Both the position numbers and the translations under genes were made by a program. A stretch of DNA of 58,614 nucleotides, filler included, from Dugesia japonica (Eukaryota), in the NCBI GenBank assembly GCA_001938525.1. It is 6 parts of 6 records of this genome, joined end to end, with 100 filler letters (N's around TTAATTAATTAA, not from the genome) between each part and the next. Parts side by side here need not be neighbours in the genome. Positions count along the whole stretch, not along the records: positions 49,862 to 58,614 come from MQRL01461353.1; 5 more parts are not named here. One strand, 5' to 3'. Shown here piece by piece: positions 52,730-58,614 of this stretch. The notes beneath the pieces were generated by a model. That model was not told where the DNA came from and did not search any database. It saw only the letters and a list, made by a program, of their open reading frames with translations. Position 1 is the stretch's first letter. Each line of letters opens with the position of its first letter.

Positions 52730-53830
52730 TCTTGTAACTTTATTGCCCATCTGGCTATTCGATTTGCTTGTAATTGCTTTTACCAAATCATTGTTATGGG
52801 CTGGTGATCTGTGTAAATTACTAATGGATGTCCAAGTATTAATTGATTAAAATGTTTAACAGCCTTTTATGTTTTACAGCCAATATTTCTCGTTCAGTGG
52901 TACTATAATTCTTTATAAAATATCCGATCACTCTTTCTCGCCTTTACTAATCTAATTGACTCAACACTGTTCCCATTGCATAACCGTTTGCATCCGTTGC
53001 AAGTATAAATGGTTTCTTAAAATCTGGTTGTACTAATATGGGTACCGTCATTAACTTTTCTCTAATTGTTTCAAATGCTTTCTGATGATCCTCTTTCCAA
53101 ATAAATTTTATGTCTTGCTTTTCTAGGGATTGAATCGGTCTCACTATTGTCGCAAATCCTTTGATAAATTTTCGATAATAATTTGCCATTCTTAACATGA
53201 CTTGAATGTCGTTTACATTCTTCGGCACTGGTAGATTCTTGAGTTTCTCAATACTCGTCGGATCTGGTTGTTTTCCTTTGTCTGATGTCCCAAATAAGTC
53301 ACTTGATTTTTAGCCCATTCGCACTTTGTAGGTTTCACTCGTAATTTCCATTCTCTGATTCGTACAAATACTTTTCTCAAATCTTTTAAATGTTCCTCAA
53401 ATGTGACCGAAAATATCAATAAATCGTCTATATATACCATACACTGAGGTATCCCATGTGTCACAAAATTCATGAATCTTTGAAATGATGCAGTCGCGTT
53501 TGTCAACCCAAACGGGATTCGCACAAATTGATATAAATCTTTTCCTGCTGAAATTGCAGTTTTTTCTTTATCTGCTTCCTCGATTTCGATTTGCCAATAT
53601 CCACTCCACAAATCGAATGTCGCAAATATTTTTGCATTGTACAGTATCGTTAACATGTCGTTGATATCTGGTATTAGATAAGTATCCTTTTTCGTTTTCG
53701 CATTTAGTTGTCTGTATTCGATACAGAATCTCATTTTTCCATCTTTCTTCTTCACCAATACTACTGGAAATTGCCACGGTTAACAACTTGGTTCAATTAC
53801 TTTGCATTTTAACATCTCGTCGATTTTCTG
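52730..53830 (-). mobile_element. Decayed Ty3/Gypsy pol (RT + RNase H)
   Basis: PVVLVKKKDGKMRFCIEYRQLN, FDLWSGYWQI, PFGLTNA, YIDDLLIFS, then after a frameshift PILVQPDFKKPFILATDANGYAMGTVLSQ. Confidence 0.95.
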
Positions 53831-56800
53831 ATAGTCACTGAACGATACAGCAATTGTTACTATTTCACTACGGATAATAATTAATTCTTAAAATAAGTCT
53901 AGAAATTTTTTGTTAAACTTTTTCTATCAAAAATCGAGTTTATTTTATTTTTAAAATTGAAAAAAAATAATGATAATAATCTGCCTTGTTTATTATTTTT
54001 ATTCAACTGAAAGATAGGAAAGTTTGATTCCCGATTAGCCATCTAATTGCAACGGCGTATTCCCAATTTACGACCGCTGATTGCAGACCATTTGTTCTTC
54101 ACCCGGTGTGCACACATCTCGCAGTTGTGTATCAGTATTTTTTGCACACCAACTTGGACTAGTTCTTTTTTCCGTCATCAGTCACCGTGTGACCTCTAAC
54201 TAAGCCTGTAATTACTGTGGAAAGTCCTTGTCTTAATTAGGGGGAGTAAGTAGTTTTCGTTGTTCATTTTAGATTTTTATCACCCGATTCAGACAAGGCA
54301 CGTTCACTGGTCCAAATTTCACTGGTCCAAGTTTCACTAATTAATATTAGTGAAAATTGTAATAATATCAAACGCTAATGCGTTAGTATAATTAATAAAA
54401 TGGGTTGTAGAGACCCTTCTAATATAATATTATATTATAGTATATTATTTTTATTATTTAATTTTTCATTTTCTTTCCACCCATGTTATCTTTCTTTCTG
54501 TGTCACGAAATTTTGGTCTTCTATGCCCGATTTTCATTTTTCGATATTTTATAATAATTCTAATAATTATAATAATAATAATATAATAATAATTATGATA
54601 CTCCTAATCATAATAATTAATTTTCTGGCCCAGTCTATTAAGTTCATTCATTACTGCTCGTGTTTTATTTATTTATTTCAAACATTTTTTAACGTTTTCT
54701 TGCTCATTTATTGGGGCGTTCTAGCCCAACAAAATTATTTGTTTTTAGAAATAAAGTTTATTCAGTTTCAATCACAGTAATTATTATTTATTTTGGAAGA
54801 ATTAATTAACAGACGCACCTGATCTGAATACAGTCAGATTTTAGATAGTGATAATTTGATAAAAGAGCTCAAGTGTCGTGTATTGAAAACGTTAATAAGA
54901 ATTAGAAGTTTGATTAGAAATAAAATAATCAATACAATTGGTAAATTGTCAAAACAATAATTTGATAAGAATGTCTGAAATTAGAAGTCCGATTAAATAT
55001 TGAATTGACATATTGCATGGGTTATTAATAATAATTACAGAAGAATAATGATAATAATAATAGCGTTTCTGGCCCAACCCTAATTTTTTTTCTTAATTCT
55101 CTACTCATTTTTCTTTCCTTTTCGTCATTATTTTCCAGTGATAGTCTCGTATATTTTATTTATGGGCGCTCGCGTTATAGCCAAACAAATATACTATATA
55201 GTAACCCTATTCAATAATGATCAAAAATTACTTTTTAAGAACCTTTATTTAATATACAATTATTACAGCGTTATTATTTTGTTCTCAGGATCTGCTGCTA
55301 TAGAAGCTTTAGACCTCAATTTGACAATTAAAAATGTGTAAAAGTATATGAAAAGCGATCGTATTTATACTATCGTTAACCAGGTATATGCATGTTTTTA
55401 TAAATCAAAATTTGTTTCCATATTTATAAAATCATTTAATTATTTACAAAAATTACGTAAAAATCAATAAATCTTACAGCAATTATTTTTCACGAATATA
55501 AAAATCCACTGAAAATCCAATAAAAATCCAATATGTTATATTTCAATGGAATAATAGAATTAAAAACACATAATAAATAAAAATTGTTCAAAACCAGATC
55601 AGATAATAATTGTCATTAATAATAAAATCACAAAAATAAGTAGTCAGATTACGAATTAATCAAACTTACACAGGAATTAAATAATAAAAGTTTGATCAAA
55701 AGTGTAAATTGCAGAGCTCTTTTCACTTGATTGGATCTTGTACATCTGAAGTTTAGATTGATTGAAAAATTCGAACTCGTTGCTTCTAAATTGTTTTACA
55801 TATCTTGAGTGTTTTGTGTATTATTTGCTGTTCATGATTGTTTAATTGTTATTTATGTTTTTTGTGCATGAGTATTTGTGAATGTTACTTATGCTATCTG
55901 CTTTCCCCAACAGTAAAAAATAATTGACTTCCCCACAGAATATGAGACTTCGTACAATACGTGCAGAAATATGCTTTATTTCATATTCTATGTGTGCTAT
56001 ATGCAACGCAACCATATTTCAATAAAATCAAAATCGACTATTAAGGTTATTTAATACTTTTACGTGCCTATGTACCGACTCAAGAAAGTTAATAAGTCAC
56101 AATTAGGTCTAAATTTGACGTAAGGTCAAATAATGTTTATATCGTCAAAATTTAATGACTGCTAGCTCATTTTTGTACAAACATACATATTATTTTCACA
56201 ACAGTTACGACCAATTATAGAACGTTAATAGAGTGCATAGCAGACGCCATAATTGACCAAATTGAGAGAAATGGAGAGTCAACAGGGCACACAAATATAT
56301 TCATAAACAAATCCAGGCCACAGTTTCACCATATATGTATATATAGATATTCTATCGGTGTTATTTGCAAAGCAAACATAGATCGATAAAATTAAAATTG
56401 ACAAGTAAGGTTAGTTTTGCCATGATATGCATAAATTTAATACTTTTACGTGCCTACATACCCATCTATTTAAGAAAGTTAATCCTTTCAGACCTGACTT
56501 TTTTTCTTTGGATGAAAAAAACTATGGTTTATAGAATTCTGTTAAGTGGGACAACACGAATGAGAAAAAATAATGTGAAATTAATGTCAGTAGATGAATA
56601 AATAATATGTGCACTACGATGTGCTAAACAATAAAAAATTCAATTAAAAACAGTTTGTTTTAGAACAAATATATCTTTAAATCTATTCGAATTTAATATC
56701 GCAAAAATATTTTAAAATTTTGGAAAAACCAAAATAATGCAAGCCTGTACTAGAATTGAAACGTTTACCCTGGCGACATAAATTTACGCAGAAAAATAAT

Positions 56801-58614
56801 TGTTGGAAGTGCAAATTTGCACATGTATTTCAAATTTAATATAATTAACAACTTGTGTATTACAATGTATTACAACGGCACAACAATAACTTATTTCAAA
56901 ATTGAATAATGAAACGAGCTACAACTGGTTTTTATAACTATGTTGAGTCTCTTGGTTAAGATCTAACAATAATTTTTTAAAATTTTGACTCCAAATAAAT
57001 GAACCTAAAAACGCGTGTATGTGATTTTAGATATAAATAAATAATAATAAATAAATAAAATAAAGAATTTTTATGATTAAACTTTATTTATAATGAAATT
57101 TACAAATTTATTAAAATAAAATTACAATAAAAATTAGCTTGCTAATATTTTAGGGTAACCACTTCTTTATAATTTAGTGACACAACCGGCAATACAGTTT
57201 CGTCCTCAAATTTTTCGTATGGAGGGCCTAAAAGCTTCACACCACGTATAATCAAGATGTTTAAATGATTTTATGCATTAGATTTTTAAACACTTTTAAC
57301 AAGCAAATTAATAACCGATTTTTACAGTTATAATTTACTTTGAAACAAAAATTTGATAATGTTGATTTAAATTAACGATATGTCAATAGAAAAGAAAGTA
57401 TACAATATCGAATTTAAATAAAATCGCTTAAACGACTTAATCAAATAGAACTATTGGTAGTCGCAAGTAAAACTAAATTTGATTTAAACTACAAGGATTT
57501 AACAATTGTAACAATTGTAAATCGTTAGAAAATTTATGTAAAAATAAAATTCCTATAATAATAAAATTAATGAGAACAATAATTAATAAAATACAAATAA
57601 GCTTACGAAAACTTGAACAAATATTTTTTATGGGTATGTTAGGATAGCAGAAGCTAAAGGAATATAAAGTATTCCTACATTCTAAAGCATTCCGAACGCG
57701 CGAAATCAAAATTAGCGCCATAAGCTTTCCTAAGAATAATACAAATGTCAAACACAACAAAACCAGTAAGTTTCTTTACCAACTTAGACATATATTAAAT
57801 TTTCCGAAACGATCTGAAACTATACTTCTACAATTCAACTGAAAATGGAGGAGCTGTTGGCGTTGATCTACTAAAGAAATATTAAACTCAATGCGTTATG
57901 CAAAATTTTCAATTCTTACCTCAAGATGGTTTGATAAACTGAAACTAGGTGATTAACAATAGGTCTTTATTTTAGAGTGTTTGATTTTATTGTTGTTGCT
58001 CTGTATGTTAATACAATAATATATAACTGCAATATGATTAATCAAATGTTATAATATAGTGTCACAGTTTCCTTATATAAGTAACGGAAATAATACCTTT
58101 GATAATATATTTGGATGTTTAATAATAAGTCTAGACTTATACCTTATTAGCTAATTTTAGATCAAACTGGAACTGCTGCCCTTAGAGGTTAGAGTCCAGA
58201 TGACAAAATTTGAATGAGAAACAACTGAAACATATCAGCATATATACTAATTCTGTTCAGCACACATACATGGTTAAAGTGTTGGGTTTCTAGGTTTTCG
58301 ATGTTACTTTTCACTCTCAATTTCCTGACCATTTTCTCGAATCTCTTTGCTAGAAGTAGATACCTAGAAACCGCCAGAAATTTGATCAACATCGCCTGTG
58401 TTGAGACCATCTTCCTCGTTGTTCATGCGGGACTTCGCGGTATCTCGTCTATAGAAATTCAGATGTTAGACCTTCAGTTTAATTAATTTCAACTTTAACT
58501 TACGAAATTTTATTCATCTATACATTCATGTTTACAAGGATCACGGAGATTCAAAAATAGTTTCTTCCGTCATTACACACTAGTCTTCGTACTCTTTCTA
58601 GTGTTCTGATGTTC

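Overview
Very AT-rich animal genomic DNA. The H2B sequence, 40-65 nt introns and long (AAT)n tracts suggest a flatworm/planarian, but that is inference. The window is not one locus: five artificial 100-bp spacers (44 N + TTAATTAATTAA + 44 N) join six segments (1-8504, 8605-17162, 17263-28175, 28276-41421, 41522-49761, 49862-58614). Host genes built by hand from splice signals: part of a Cav2-type calcium channel alpha1 (minus), exosome subunit RRP40/EXOSC3, a scribbler/brakeless (ZNF608/609) homologue, a 7-exon C8orf76-like gene, a secreted C-type lectin, and a solitary stem-loop histone H2B. The rest is decayed Gypsy, mariner, hAT, Merlin and Polinton/Maverick-like sequence plus micro- and minisatellites. 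Two observations stand out. (1) The Cav2 domain-II pore/S6 exon is tandemly duplicated. Both copies have an ordinary U2-type acceptor and a perfect U12-type donor (GTATCCTTTT), and share one downstream U12 branch site (TCCTTAAC). This predicts mutually exclusive pore isoforms enforced by major/minor spliceosome incompatibility. (2) A fossil intronless TBP-like gene lies head-to-head with a packaging-ATPase-like fragment; with capsid and pPolB remnants elsewhere, this suggests an endogenous Polinton-like virus carrying its own TATA-binding-protein mimic. All homology calls come from motif recognition by eye, not database searches.
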